The translations under genes and the position numbers were made by a program. This document shows positions 1-13,472 of a DNA stretch of 64,000 nt, one piece after another (position 1 is the first letter of the stretch; each line of letters begins with the position of its first letter). Source of the stretch: Octopus vulgaris (Eukaryota). The DNA is taken from positions 126,542,001-126,606,000 of the forward strand of contig OX597819.1 of the NCBI GenBank assembly GCA_951406725.2. The letters run 5' to 3'. The notes under the pieces were generated by a model that had not been told where the DNA came from, did not search any database, and saw only the letters and a program-made list of their open reading frames with translations.

Positions 1-328
1 TAACTTTAGATAGCGCGTCACTTTAATACCGGGTGTTATCTGGTGCTCGTTCTATTGTTCCCCGCACTGAAGTAGCCATATTGTGTATTTATAAACCTAC
101 ACAAAACAGATCACACGTACATTACGCAGTGACTCGCTGTGCCAAAAGAGAAGAAATCAAAGGAACTGAAAAATATCCAAAGACACACTCTGTAAGAAAA
201 CTATTGCTAACACAACATATTGTAGTGAGCCAAGGAATTTAGCAATTAATATTACACTCATGGTGAGGATAAATAATCATCTACTTAACAATTCATACAT
301 TCATACATGTATGCATATATATATCATT

Positions 329-385
<57 letters not shown>

Positions 386-416
386 GTATATATATATATG
401 TTTGTATATATGTATG

Positions 417-453
<37 letters not shown>

Positions 454-623
454 GATATATATATGCATACATATATGCATACATACATATATACATACAT
501 ATATATATATATGTATATATATAAGCATATTAATACATATACATACACGCATGGATACACTCAGACATACCATATATACATATATGTGGTGTGTGTGTGT
601 GTGAGTGTGTATGTGTGTGTGTG

Positions 624-665
<42 letters not shown>

Positions 666-1139
666 CGTGATCAGTGTGTGCAAAAGAGAGCTCAGTATTA
701 GATGGCAGAGTGCATTATATATTCATTTATGAGCTAGAATATTCTTTCAATACGTGTTGATTTCAATACGAGTTTCGCCATAACGTGGTTCTTCGTTTAA
801 TGTTTATTAAATCTACATTTTTATTTTGAGATGCAATACGTATAAACGCACATGTGTATACAGTTCGTTCTAATGTGTTTTGCACATACAAATTAATAAT
901 ACTCAATAATAAAGCTCAACACTTAAACATGCACACACATACATACCCATACATACACATTCATACATACACCAACGCAGGTATACACACATTCATCCAT
1001 AGATTCATACTTTTATCTGCAATGTGTATGTTGTCTCTCTCTATATATGTTTGCAATCTGCACCACATACACACTCATGCATATAATAAACTTACCAATA
1101 AACTCTCAAGTACACACACACACATATACACACACATAC

Positions 1140-1600
1140 AGACACACAGCATACACACACACTACACACAGATACATAGACACATAGAGATACATAGACA
1201 CATAGAGATACATAGACACATAGAGATACACACACACACACGGCATACACACGACACACACATACACACTACACACACAGATACATGGACATTCAGTGAT
1301 TCATTCCCCACACACACATACACACACACAGTATACACACACACTACACACACACACACACAAATACATAGACACATAGAGATACACACACACACTCACA
1401 CACGGTACACGCATACACACTACACACACAGATACATGGACATACAGTGATTCACTCCCCATACACACACACACACACAGATACATAGACACATAGAGAT
1501 ACACACACACCCACACACGGCATACACACGGCACACACATACACACTACACACACACAGATACATGGACATACAGTGATTCACTCCTCACACACACATAC
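1140..1600. repeat. Compound CA-rich tandem repeat with higher-order units
   Basis: CACACTACACACACAGATACATGGACAT(T/A)CAGTGATTCA recurs three times (~1265, ~1415, ~1545); 18-bp AGATACATAGACACATAG is tandemly repeated at ~1170-1225. Confidence 0.85.
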
Positions 1601-1926
1601 TCACACACACTCCAGCAGAAAACCATTTCACCATCCTGCTGGAAACAGGAACCAAGTTTCACCTTGGAGCCATTAGATAGGGTAATCACAGATAACCTTA
1701 CAAAGACATGGTGGTCATGATTGGAATGCTTTTAGACCCTAGATCTGCTTCGTCACAGTTTGCCCGGGTCCGAACAACGACATAATATATAAACCCAGAC
1801 AATATGTATACATATATATATACATATGTTTATATATATAAAGCCAATCTTACATAAAGGAAACAAACAAGCTCACGTACATAAACAATCGCACATATAC
1901 ACATGCACACACACACACATACACAC

Positions 1927-1974
<48 letters not shown>

Positions 1975-2099
1975 ATACATATATTGGCACAATTACCACA
2001 CCTACCACACCTACATGCACATACAATAGTGGAAAAAATAGGAAAACATTCCATGGCATATATTTACGTATGTAAAATAATTCAAATGCTCACACACAT

Positions 2100-2153
<54 letters not shown>

Positions 2154-2327
2154 AATCACACACACACACACACACTCACATATCTACATAAAAGAAGTCA
2201 TACTAAATGGAAAACGTGCCCGTCATACACACAGGAACACGCACACACACATACACCCCCACATGGTAGCAGAGACACATATGCACGCGAACATATTTGA
2301 TACACACACACACACGCACACACACGC

Positions 2328-2390
<63 letters not shown>

Positions 2391-3299
2391 GAAGCACAAC
2401 CACAAAAATAAACGCGCGGACACACACATATACTCTTTCACGGGCAAACAAACACGCAGCTGTAAAACACAACTTTGTAACAATCCATACATATATATAA
2501 CGCCATTAAGTATTTCAATAAACACTTCATAATCCCTTTTAAATCTTCATTAAGTTATCGCTACTGACAGTGGCCGCCATGTTGTATTATATTTTATACA
2601 ATATTATTTACGTAACTTAGCCGAACGAAAACCAGCGACCTTTGTGGTGAGAATAAACACGAGAACGTTATGCCGGTCAAGTAGTTGGTTTGTTATCTGT
2701 TTACTTTCTTCGCTTGTTAAGATTTTAGAGTAAATAGTATGTTGAACAAAAGCTCTTGCCCACTTTGTGAAGTGTAGACTTAGGTTTCTTTGATTGTTTG
2801 CTTTGCGATTGGTTGCCTGTGTAAACATGTAAATCTTTTTATTATTCACAATTGTCATTCTGCTTCTTTTTCTTTTACTTTTTCTAATGCTTTATATTCT
2901 TTTCTATCTTATTAATATCAGTGTGTTTCTATTTACGTATCTACGTCTTTATCCTCGTATATCTCTCTGTCCCCCTCTCTATACACGAATGTTTCTTTAG
3001 GTTTTATTTTAAAGTTTTTTCCTTTTGCAGTATTCAAGCCGGTTTCTAACAAAGGAGAAAGGCTCTTTTCTTTAAGCCAAGAGAGTTCTTGGGTTTGTGG
3101 CTACCTAAATAGGAAGATGTATGCATTTATGTGTGCATGTTTGCGCTGGTGAGTGCATGTGGTTTGTTTGCTCTCGAGAGTGTGCATGTGGCAATAGAAT
3201 ACCAGCGTGTATGTTTTATTACTGTATATGTGTATGCGTGAATAGGTATTCCATACGTATATGTGGGTGTGTGCATATGTTACTCAAGAACGTCAAATG

Positions 3300-3660
3300 G
3301 AAAATCCCTGAAATGTTTTATGAATTTTTACTGTTCCTCTGAACAATTGTGTTTGACGAATTCGGATGACTCTGATCTGTTCTTTTTTGGAGAACCCAAG
3401 GATTTTTAGGTTTTCGTGCACATCTATTATCACAAAGTTCGGTGCACATAGGATAAAGGGAACAAACGGAAATCTGTAACCTGAATATTAGAATTGTAAA
3501 TTTCTCATTTGATGTGCTCCTATTCGTCAATTTTTGAAGAGACATTCACATCCACAGGGCGACTATTTTCTGCATCTGTGCACAGCATTTGCTGCCTGTC
3601 CTATACAGCTATACCTGAACTGCTGTTTATACAGGGTTAACTGTTTCCCCCTGCTTACAT
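3300..3660 (-). pseudogene. R4/Dong-clade non-LTR retrotransposon relic (REL endonuclease, C-terminus)
   Basis: Manual minus-strand translation through stops and a frameshift: GIAV*DRQQMLCTDAENSRPVDVNVSSKIDE*EHI / MRNLQF*YSGYRFPFVPFILCAP / ENLKILGFSKKEQIRVIRIRQTQLFRGTVKIHKTFQGF. It aligns with the C-terminus of the element at 45.9-46.25 kb (KNLGVLNFSREEQKKLMPILEIQTISDKVEICNTFQGF). Confidence 0.75.
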
Positions 3661-3925
3661 ACATTTGCACGTGCACGCACATACATATCACCTGCTATAA
3701 AAAAAAACGATTGAAACAAGGGCAGCCGTAAAAGTAGCAGCAACAGCAGCAATAATATTACCAGCATCATTGTTGGTCTCTGTCACTGGAAAAGGAAACC
3801 AAGAACGATGCTTTTACACGGTCGGTTGACCCCCTCGAAACAGCAGTCATATCTCCCTCAAATAACTCCCGGCCCCACACACCGTCTTAAAACTATTGCA
3901 AAGTACACAGAATAACTGAAACTCT

Positions 3926-4135
3926 CGCAGAAACGTTAGCACGCCGGGCGAAATGCGTAGCCGTATTTCGTCTGCCGTTACGTTCTGAGTTCGAATTCCT
4001 CCGATGTCGACTTGGCCTTTCATCCTTAAATAAGTACCAGTTACGCATTGGGGGCGATACAATCAGCTTAATCCGTTTGTCTGTCCTTGTTTGTCCTCTC
4101 TGTGTTTAGCCCCTCGTGGGTAGTAAAGAAATAGA
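3926..4135 (+). mobile_element. SINE family B copy (tRNA-like head, GCCTTTCATCCTTTCGGGGTCGAT-type core)
   Basis: Matches the full copies at 14307, 21713 and 36233; has an internal deletion in the core. Confidence 0.85.
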
Positions 4136-5164
4136 TATATATATTCAAATAACAGGCGGTCATACTTACCTTGGACTAAGCAACTACAAAGTATAGTAGG
4201 GAGATTCTCACGTGATGTACGAGACATTCACAGACACAAATTATGAAATATCTGAGCTGTAAATCTTGAACATTTACAAGAATTGTATTGATTCATTTTT
4301 CACAGAGTTTGACTACCCAGGCAAGTAATAAGCAAAAGATTTCTATCTGGAATGTATGATGAATTTTTTGAAGAAGATCCAAAAGGTGTGACGTATGTAA
4401 TATTGCACAAAATAGACTCTTTCACCCGAAAATATTAGCTGCTAATTTCTGTGCTAATTTTTCCAGAGTGTCATTAAAAGAATCATAGTGTTCATTGATA
4501 TTGACCTTGAAATTTAAAAAAAGTGTTAATGTGTTTGATCATAATTCTGTGGTCAGAATGTGGTCACAATGTCTGTAATCACAATTCTCATTAAATGGTG
4601 CGATGTGCGTGGCAAAAATGGATGTAATGTAAAATTCATATTAAAGACAACATCGTATAGATCGAGAAGAAATTGTTCTAATATCGATATCTGGTCGAAA
4701 AAGAACCGGTTCAACACACACTTACAGGTATGTAGGGGTTCTTCTGGGTATTATAAGTATTTTTGTAATGCTGTTTAAGTTTAACTTCCTAGAGGATGGC
4801 CCAAGTTCTTGGTTTTTATAAATTATCTTTACAACTACCACGATTTATTGCAACCAGTAGAGCCCGTGTGGAAGTGTTCTGATGTTTTTTAATAAACTTT
4901 TATTTGCCCCAAAAACACGGCCGAGTTATCCTTATTTTTCAGTTTTTTTTTTTTCTGAAGATTTAAAATTGTAAATAATTTTTACAATGTATAGATAGGG
5001 GTTTCTAAACACACACCAGATATACAGTTTCTCTGAAGAGACTAAGAAATATGCAGTGTTCCAAGTATTAGACGTAACTGTACGTGGTAAAACGTTAATA
5101 TTGAATCGGACAGAGTTGCTGGAAGTATATTTGCATTGGCTAAATCACTATTGCTGCTGTTGCT

Positions 5165-5350
5165 GCTGAGCGAACGGTCTTCGTCCCAGAGTTCGCAAGA
5201 TGGGAGAAGTACGAATCGTGGTCGCATTGACGAATGGATGAATGCGCATCCAGGCTCAGCGGTTGCGTAGGAAGTCGGGGACAAGAAACAGGAAGAAAGA
5301 GTGAGAGAAAGTTGGAGCGAAAGAGTACAATAGGGGTCGCCCCCCCCCCC
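5165..5350 (-). mobile_element. 5'-truncated copy of SINE family C
   Basis: GGATGAATGCGCATCC...GTAGGAAGTCGGGGACAAGAAACAGGAAGAAAGAGTGAGAGAAAGTTGGAGCGAAAGAGTACAA is near-identical to 39875-39970. Confidence 0.85.
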
Positions 5351-6399
5351 TGATATGTTAAGATCATTACAAGAAATATATAAAGAAATGGAAAGAGAAC
5401 GAGGGATAGCAATATAAAAAAAACGATAGGTATATCAGAAGATTACACAGCTGAATGGACAGATAAAGGGTGGCGGTGAAAGAGAGACATGGATGGGAAG
5501 ACTGTGAAATAGGGATAAAGTGATGAAAATAATTATGCATAGATACATAGGTACACACATGAAAAGGTGTGCAGACATATTTATAGATTTGTTAGACATA
5601 CCGTTGTGTGTGTGTAACCTTCATATATCTAAGGTATCTTCGACCTGATAAGTAGCTTGTGGAGTACTCCTCATTGAGTAATTATTACTTCCGAGGTTCT
5701 GCTACATATAAAATGGATATGTGTGTGTGTACAGTACAAAATTTTATGTGTCTTTCTTGTATGTAACTGATTTTGTCATTGCACAACAGCAGGATATAAT
5801 GGACATCATCTATAGCACTAGAGTTGCACGTGATGCAGACTATTGAACGATTGGTGCTAAATGTGTCTCCATCTCGCGTTCGATTTTTTTTTTGCTTGAT
5901 CATTGTATTTGCATTACTTGTTTGAATTCCCCACAACGAACCAGTAAAATCTCCTTGTTTGAGTTACAGCCATAAACACCATGCTTGTACCTAACCACCT
6001 GCCAAATTCTGTCGTCTTTCCCTACCATGGCAATATCGTTATTTTTTAATAGTAATTTGTCAATGCGGAAGATGACACGCGTGTGCTAGCTTGTTATATA
6101 AGACATCTGCGCATAGTACGGTTCTATAGAAAAGAGCATCCGCAGTTAAGATAGCTTTTATTGTTTGCCAAAACCACAACAAACAAAACTTATTAAACCT
6201 ACGAATATTGGTGCAGGAAAAGGTTTTCTACCACCAGTCACGAGATAAAATTATAGTAAAATATAAACGCGACACTTTTAATGGACAGAGTGGAAGGTCC
6301 ATTCAAAGAATTTCGAAGGAACCGAAACAGGTGGAAATCTGAAGGCGCAAGGTTGGGTTCATACGAAGGGTGCTGTAAAACTTGCTAAACAAGCCTCAT

Positions 6400-7339
6400 T
6401 AACTGCTGCGTCGGCACAGAAGTGTACAGTCTGGCACTGTCGTGATGAAAAACAATGCCCTTACAATTGGAAAGCTGGTGAGTTGCCTACGTTTAATTTG
6501 TCCAGTTAGCCATAGCACAAATCTGCATTGATAGTCCTGACCGTGGGAAAATGCTCGTAAAAGATAACATTCTTTCACTTCCACCAAAATGAAACCATAA
6601 CCTTATTTGAGTGAAGTCCTGCTTTGGAGCTTGTTTATAGTAGCTAGTCGCACTTCTCCGAGTTTATTATTACATTGTTAGGACTTACATTTTTAGTACT
6701 TGCATTGTTAGTACTTACATTGTTATAGACGATTCATTCTTATCAATAAAGAATCGTTTTTCTTCACGATTCTGCAAAAAATTGTAGAAGGAAATTCGTT
6801 GGGTGACATTAACCTCATTCAGTTGATGTGGGAGCCAAACATCGAAAATGCTGACGTAACGAAGTCGATGCAGATGGCTTTTAGCACACAATTTGAATAT
6901 GTGGAATACATGCAGTCATCCTGGTCATGTAACAAGGAATGGTGTCGCTGTTAAGCTCAGTTGGCCAACCAAAGTGTAGTGCATCTTGAACCCAAAATTT
7001 CCTGATTGGATCTTGAAAACCCCTTCTAATAAACACATTCTGGAATAGCACTCTCTCCGTACACATCACATAACCTTCGGAAGGTTACCACCGCCATTTT
7101 GCTATTTTTAAGATGAAAAAACATGAGATGTCGATAATGTTCGTTCTGGTTCTCCATTTTCAGAATGTTCCCAAATACACAAAATACAACCTGACTAGTC
7201 GCAAGTTCGCGTCAAATTGCGCTGATGTGTCGAGTATCTAACGAGTGTTAATTGCACAAAGATCAGAAGGAAGTTAGCTAATTAGAGGGCTTGAAATTTA
7301 GTGCCAGCGGAAACCGAACGGACATTTTGGGGCAATCCA

Positions 7340-7342
<3 letters not shown>
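6400..7342 (-). mobile_element. Decayed mariner DNA transposon (transposase pseudogene plus one TIR)
   Basis: Minus strand from ATG at 7157: MENQNEHYRHLMFFHLKNSK...LCDVYGESAI; HLHRLRYVSIFDVWLPHQL (WVPHEL motif); KAGLHSNKVMVSFWW; GIVFHHDSARLYTS (HHDNARPH motif). Contains stops and frameshifts. TIR-like end ...GGGGCAATCCAA-TA at 7340. Confidence 0.9.
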
Positions 7343-7396
<54 letters not shown>

Positions 7397-7399
7397 TTT

Positions 7400-7612
7400 T
7401 TATCTTTTATTTGTTTCAGTCATTATTGACTGCGGCAATGCTGGGGCACTTCCTTGAAGGGTTTCAGTTGAACGAATCGACCCCAAGACATATTTTTTAA
7501 AAGCGTGGTATTTATTCTATCGGTTTGTTTTCCTTAGTTACGGGTACATAAACACTGCAACGCCGGTTGTCAGGCAGTGGAGGGGAACAAACATAGACAC
7601 AAAGACTTGGAT

Positions 7613-7680
<68 letters not shown>

Positions 7681-7830
7681 GACGAGCGTATTTCAGTTTC
7701 CGTCTACCAAATCCACTCACAAGGCTTTGGTCAGCCCGAGGTTAGAAGACACTTGCCCAAGCTGCCACGCAGTGGGACTGAACCCAGGACCATATGGTTG
7801 AGAAGCAAGCTTTTTAACACAAAACTACGC
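7400..7830 (-). mobile_element. SINE family A copy (tRNA-like head, CCTTGGGCAAGT core, internal CA/TA microsatellite)
   Basis: Homologous to copies at 9035, 13098, 23410, 32003 and 47715. Confidence 0.85.
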
Positions 7831-7924
7831 CTACGTCTACGCACACACAAAAACATTGGTAGAAATGCGTGCAAACATCTCTCTGTCGATCTCTCCCTCC
7901 CATTTTCTTTCCCTATATAAATGC

Positions 7925-8025
<101 letters not shown>

Positions 8026-8577
8026 TGAGAGAAATACACACTCGGGGGGAAAAAGAGAGAGAAGGAGTGGTTGAGAGAGAGAGCTGATGACGACCACCAC
8101 GACTACGATGACTGCCGTGACAGCCACGACGGCAGAATGCAAGCAAGGAAAGCCAGCCAACTCGTTAACTTCTGTAGATTGGCTGTAGATTGACGTCTCT
8201 ATACGTTCGGCATTCGTAAAAAATACCATTCATTTTAGGGTTCCGATGTAAGCAAAGGTCGCAATGCTTCAGTGACCAGTCGAAGGAAATGACTCCAGTA
8301 CGGAGGTTTGGGAGGCCACACTTCCTTTCGTGACCCTTTGTCCATCGTCACACATCTTAAATAACGCCCCCTCATGTCCGATTTCCTTAAGAGCCACACA
8401 ATGTAAAAGATAAAAAAGATACTCTCTGTATGCGTGAATGTGCATGTGTGAATGAATGCGTGTTCTTGTGTGAATGTATGTGTGTGTGTATATATGTTTA
8501 CATACATATATATATATTTATACATACATATATATATAAACATATAAACATATATTTATATATATAAACATATAAAC

Positions 8578-8632
<55 letters not shown>

Positions 8633-8844
8633 AATTAAGGACTGAACACGAAAAGTGGACAGTCAACATGCTAGATATAGACGTCAAATCGCCATTCACC
8701 ACAAAAGATTATGTTCTCCACAAAAACCATAGTCAAGTATATACGTTCTCAATTAGTTTCAGCTGTTACTTTCCGCAAGGAAAACTGCAGCCAATCAGCA
8801 TGGTCCGTTATAAATGCAATTTGCTGGACTAGATGCAAGTACCG

Positions 8845-8894
<50 letters not shown>

Positions 8895-9034
8895 TATATA
8901 ATGCTCTCTCTATCTATCTAGCTATCCATCCATCTATTTGTAAAGAAAGATAAATCAACTCACTATTACTATTGGTGTTTCTATACACTTGCATATATTG
9001 TTGCTATCGTTACAATTATTCTTTCTTTTTCTTT

Positions 9035-9433
9035 TTTCTTTTACTTGTTTCATTCATTTGAGTGCGGCCATGTTGGAGCACCGCCTTTAATCGAGCATCT
9101 CGACCCCGGGACTTATTCTTTAGTAAGCCCAGTACTTATTCTATCGGTCTGTTTTGCCGAACCGCTAGGTTACGGGGACATAAACACACCAGCATCGGTT
9201 GTCAAGCAATGCTAGTAGGACAAACACAGACACAATCACACACACGCATATATATATATATACATATATACGACGGGCTTCTTTCAGTTTCCGTCTATCA
9301 AATCCACTCACAAGGCTTTGGTCGGCCCGAGGCTATAGTAGAAGACACTTGCCCAAGGTGCCACGCAGTGGGACTGAACCCGGAAACATGTGGTTGGTAA
9401 ACAAGCTACCTACCACACAGTCACTCCTGCGCC
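9035..9433 (-). mobile_element. SINE family A, full length
   Basis: Reverse complement reads GGAGTGACTGTGTGGTAG (box A-like) ... GGGTTCAGTCCC (box B-like) ... GGCACCTTGGGCAAGTGTC ... TGAAACAAGTAAAAG tail. Confidence 0.9.
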
Positions 9434-9469
9434 TATGTTATCTTTTTTTATCAAACTTTCTTCTTCTTA

Positions 9470-9690
9470 TTATTATATAGTAGTTTTAGTTTTATTTATT
9501 TCGTGTTTTCATTGCACTACCGAGAGCAGCTCTGTGTGCGCTGGATATTTGTTGTGGTTTGTTTTGGTGTTGTTAATTTTTACTGCATCAAAAGTGCTCT
9601 ATATAAGATATGTGCAATGTTTAGCAGTGCTATTTTCTGTATGTTATATATTCGTAAGTCCTGGTGTTTCGGTTATGTCTGGAAGTGAAG
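9470..9690 (-). mobile_element. 3' end of an R4/Dong-like LINE
   Basis: Minus strand encodes ...IQKIALLNIAHILYRALLMQ* (recalled R4/Dong C-terminal IQKxALLGTAHILR-type motif), then a short 3' UTR ending near TAATAATAA. Confidence 0.65.
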
Positions 9691-9752
9691 AAAGATTTGG
9701 TCAAAGCATTAGCAACTTCCTGTCTGTCCAAGGACAAACAGATATACATACA

Positions 9753-9941
9753 TAGGGAGAGTTTACGAAAAACAAAACAAAAGACGAACACAGGTGGTGT
9801 ACAAAACAAACAGATGTATTAGTATTACGCTCAGGAATAGAAAAAGTCTTTTACGTTTCGAGCCTACGCTCTTCTACAGAAAGGGACACAGAAAAGCAAG
9901 GAGAGAAACAAGGAGAGAAAAAATGTGTGTAGTGGCTAACG
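9753..9941 (-). mobile_element. ~190-bp hammerhead-like repeat (family H), copy 1
   Basis: Reverse complement of 48535-48720 and 52571-52762; carries CTTT-CTGTAGA-A-GAGC-GTAG-GCTC-GAAA-CG-TA-AAAG at 9846-9887 on the minus strand. Confidence 0.85.
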
Positions 9942-10419
9942 CTCCTCGAATAAGGTTGTCTATTCATCTGCACATGTTTGTACAGGTTTTACCAAGTTTA
10001 TATCGAGGAAGGCTAGCTGTTGCTCCTCGACACGATGCTTATCCTTGGGAAAAATCACAAATTTGGGCCGATACAATCTGACACCAGTGTCATTGCAGGC
10101 GTTGCTACCAGAACACAAAGAGTGAGGAACATATATCGCGAGACATTTTCCTGTTACGCTAAAAGTTCCGCCCATCCAACATCCTGAATTTGTTGATATC
10201 TTTCCCCCGAAAAGGTTCAAGTGTAAATTTGTCTTCGGTGGAATTTGAACTCAAAGAGCAGAGAGTCAAACTAAATACAGTGTGGTTTTCTATCCAACGC
10301 TCTAACGACTCAGCCAGTTCACCTTCTTCTGGAACAGACGTAAAGAATAAATTACCTTGGTTAGCTACGTCGTTGGTTATTCACAATTTATCGTATTTAG
10401 TAGAGTGAGTTACTATTTA

Positions 10420-11290
10420 ATTCAAGGTCAGTCATGATCGACCGAATCTATGGTCAAGTGCGTTCTAATTGTAATCATCTCTTCTTTTTATGCGTGTCTA
10501 AGTTTACGTTGTCTAATTTGCACTTTCTTTTCTTTATTTAGACAATAGGCTATAATTCGAGTAAGTTTTGGCTACTATTTCTTACAGAACTTTTAACCAT
10601 GGAAAGGTTCTCTGTTAATTTGTCAAATGGATGTGTTATGTTGTTAGCTGTTACTGTTGCCACTGTTTAAGCTTAGATCAGCCCTGTTCGAAGCAACATA
10701 CAATAAAAAGCCTTCCAGCCAGGACCATCCAATTGTTTTCCTAAGTGCAAATATATATATATATATATATATATGTATATCACAAGCTCATATTCAAAAT
10801 GTCCGTTTCTGTGATGATTAAGGTATGATTAGAGGATATTTGGTTGTCATTTCTAGCAATTCAAGCGACCACATCGAAACACTCACATTGGCACGTTTTA
10901 TAGCTAGATGATCAAATAGGTGTGTCTCACTGTCGCTTGGTCATATAATAAATCATATAGTTAGTCATATCGTTAGCTAGTCATTTCGTTAGTCATATAT
11001 TTTGGCTATATTGTTTAATATACTTTTTAATTAGTCGCATAATGTTGGCATCGTTCTTAAAACGTTGCTACTGCTGTGGTTGTTGTTGTTTTGCTCAAGT
11101 CGGCCATGAAAGAACCAAACTATGATCAAAGCTGGGGCCCAGTCAGCCAGCCATGACCATCTTGTCTGTTAGTCAGTACTTCTCTTAACTATCTTTTTTT
11201 CGTTATCCTTCCTGTTTTGAAACAATAGGATGTGATTTCAAGAAGATTTGGCAGCTTTTTTGTAGTAAATCATACGACCATATAGATCAA
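10420..11290. mobile_element. Three adjacent decayed copies of an old dispersed repeat (probable ancient SINE)
   Basis: Recurring TATGATCAAAG...CCAGCCATGACCATC...TGTGATTT...GATTTGGCTGCTATTTCTAGCA-like blocks; related fragments near 31.1, 36.5, 40.5, 40.9, 60.5 and 62.9 kb. Confidence 0.55.
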
Positions 11291-11339
11291 GGCTACTACT
11301 ACTACTACTACCACAACCACAATTACGTTGCAACGTTAC

Positions 11340-11382
11340 CGTAGTAGTAGCAGCGGCAGCAGTAACAACAGCAGCAGCAATG

Positions 11383-11431
<49 letters not shown>

Positions 11432-11481
11432 AAGTATTAGTAGTAGTAGCAGCGGCAGCAGTAACAACAGCAGCAGCAATG

Positions 11482-11515
<34 letters not shown>

Positions 11516-11565
11516 AAGTATTAGTAGTAGTAGCAGCGGCAGCAGTAACAACAGCAGCAGCAATG

Positions 11566-11617
<52 letters not shown>

Positions 11618-11670
11618 AAGTATTAGTAGTAGTAGCAGCAGCAGCAGTTGTTGTAGTAGTAGTAATAATT

Positions 11671-11703
<33 letters not shown>

Positions 11704-11838
11704 ATAGTTGTAGTAGTAGTAGTAGTTGTTGTAGTAGTAGTAGTACTAGTTCTAGTAGTAGTAGTAGTAGTTGTAGTTGTAGTAGTTGTAGTAGTAGTTG
11801 TAGTAGTTGTACTAGTAGTAGTTGTAGTAGTACTTATT

Positions 11839-11885
<47 letters not shown>

Positions 11886-11890
11886 TATTA
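11340..11890. repeat. (GTA)n microsatellite with a triplicated higher-order unit
   Basis: AGCAGCGGCAGCAGTAACAACAGCAGCAGCAATGGTAGT...AGAAGTATT occurs three times between 11348 and 11625. Confidence 0.95.
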
Positions 11891-12066
11891 TTTATACTTT
11901 TACTGTTGTTGATACTCTCACATTTTGCTCAAACCACATCCACTGCAACCATTGCTGTTGTTCCTACTGTTTCTCCACTGCCTGCCATTAACTACAAATA
12001 AGACATCATCAACTGCTACCGTTGTTGCTTCTGCTGCTTCCCTACTGCCATTGCTAATAGTCGCTA

Positions 12067-12100
<34 letters not shown>

Positions 12101-12754
12101 GCTACAACAATCTACTGCTTGCTTTCCTCCAACAACACTTAATTCAAGGAGATTGTTATTACTTGAAAAGTTGTTTCCGTGAAGGTGTATTGACGGGCGA
12201 AACTTGACATCTCCTATTGTACGGCCCCTCATTCACATCTTCTATTTCTCGCCTTTACATTTTATATCTGGACCCTCCTACCCGCATGTCCCTTTGTCCT
12301 GTTTCTTTTTATTTTTTGTCTATTTATTTCATTATATTTTTTTTGTTATTATTGTTATTGCTCCTATTTATTTATTTCTCTTCGTTTTGTCATCGAAGTT
12401 AAAGACATCCTGTTTTAGAAAATTACCCATACATACGCTAAATAACTACTATTCACAGCATTTGCTGCTCTTCTCTCTAATTCTTCGCATTCAGAAGTGC
12501 ATTTCCTCAATCCTACTCGTTCTCTTGTTTTGCTGTGTCGAAATGTATTTATTGTTCATGCTTCCATGATTATTAAACATGTGTTTTCAACAAGGTTTGT
12601 GTTTATCTGAGTGTAGAAAATCACTTCTGGATAATTATATATATTCACCCTTTACATATACGATTGTCAAACGTGTGAATAGAAAATATGGACAGATTGA
12701 AAGATACAAAGAGATAGGGTGAGTGAGAAATAGTTAGATAGACTATATAGGTGA

Positions 12755-12862
<108 letters not shown>

Positions 12863-13097
12863 CATCGTCCGTTTTCCTGTCCTTGTTTCGTATACGTTCG
12901 ATCCTTTTTCAAAGAAATCTAATGCTCGTAGCTTAGTTTTTCCTTGGGGCTGGCCAGATCGGAGCAATCTCAAGATTAATCAGCCGAAATTGCGAGGATG
13001 ATCCGGTTCTTGACTGAAGATTAGAGGCTTCGAATGACCCATCCGTGTTTTTTGTATCGTCTCTTTGAATGTTTTGCGTTTTTGTCCCATTTTGTCA

Positions 13098-13472
13098 GGA
13101 GTGGCTGTGTGGTAAGTAGCTTGTTTACCAAGCACATGTGGCACCTTGGGCAAGTGTCTCCTACTATAGCCTCGGGCCGAATAAAGCCTTGTGACTGGAT
13201 TTGGTAGATGGAAACTGAAAGAAGCCCGTCGTATATATGTATATATATATATATATGTGTGTATGTATGTTTGTGTTTGTACCCCTAGCATTGCTTGACA
13301 ACCGATGCTGGTGTGTTTATGTCCCCGTCACTTAGCGGTTCGGCAAAACAGACCGATAGAATAAGTACTGGGCTTACAATAAATAAGTTCCGGGGTTGAG
13401 TTGCTAAAGGCGGTGCTCCAGCATGGCCGCAGTCAAATGACTGAAACAAGTAAAAGAGTAAAGAGTAAAGAG
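13098..13472 (+). mobile_element. SINE family A copy with a deletion in the head
   Basis: AGGAGTGGCTGTGTGGTAAG...GGCACCTTGGGCAAGTG...CAAGTAAAAGAGTAAAGAGTAAAGAG tail. Confidence 0.9.

Noticed and set aside
4150-4900. Possible decayed DNA transposase (CGQN-like word near 4550)
   Set aside because: Too degenerate to assign a frame or family by eye.
5025-5085. CTGAAGA-GACTAA...TTAGAC-GTAA-CTG-TA hammerhead-like string
   Set aside because: Needs at least two substitutions (stem II and GAAA) and lacks stem I; at best a decayed relic.
5160-5230. CTGAGCGA...GAAT-CGTG-GTC motif antisense to SINE C (GAAA-CGTG-GTC at 39.8 kb)
   Set aside because: Core spacing is wrong, there is no stem I, and the core is not conserved between the two copies.
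11328-11991. Poly-Ser/poly-Val ORFs
   Set aside because: (GTA)n microsatellite; open in several frames, with no splice or domain evidence.
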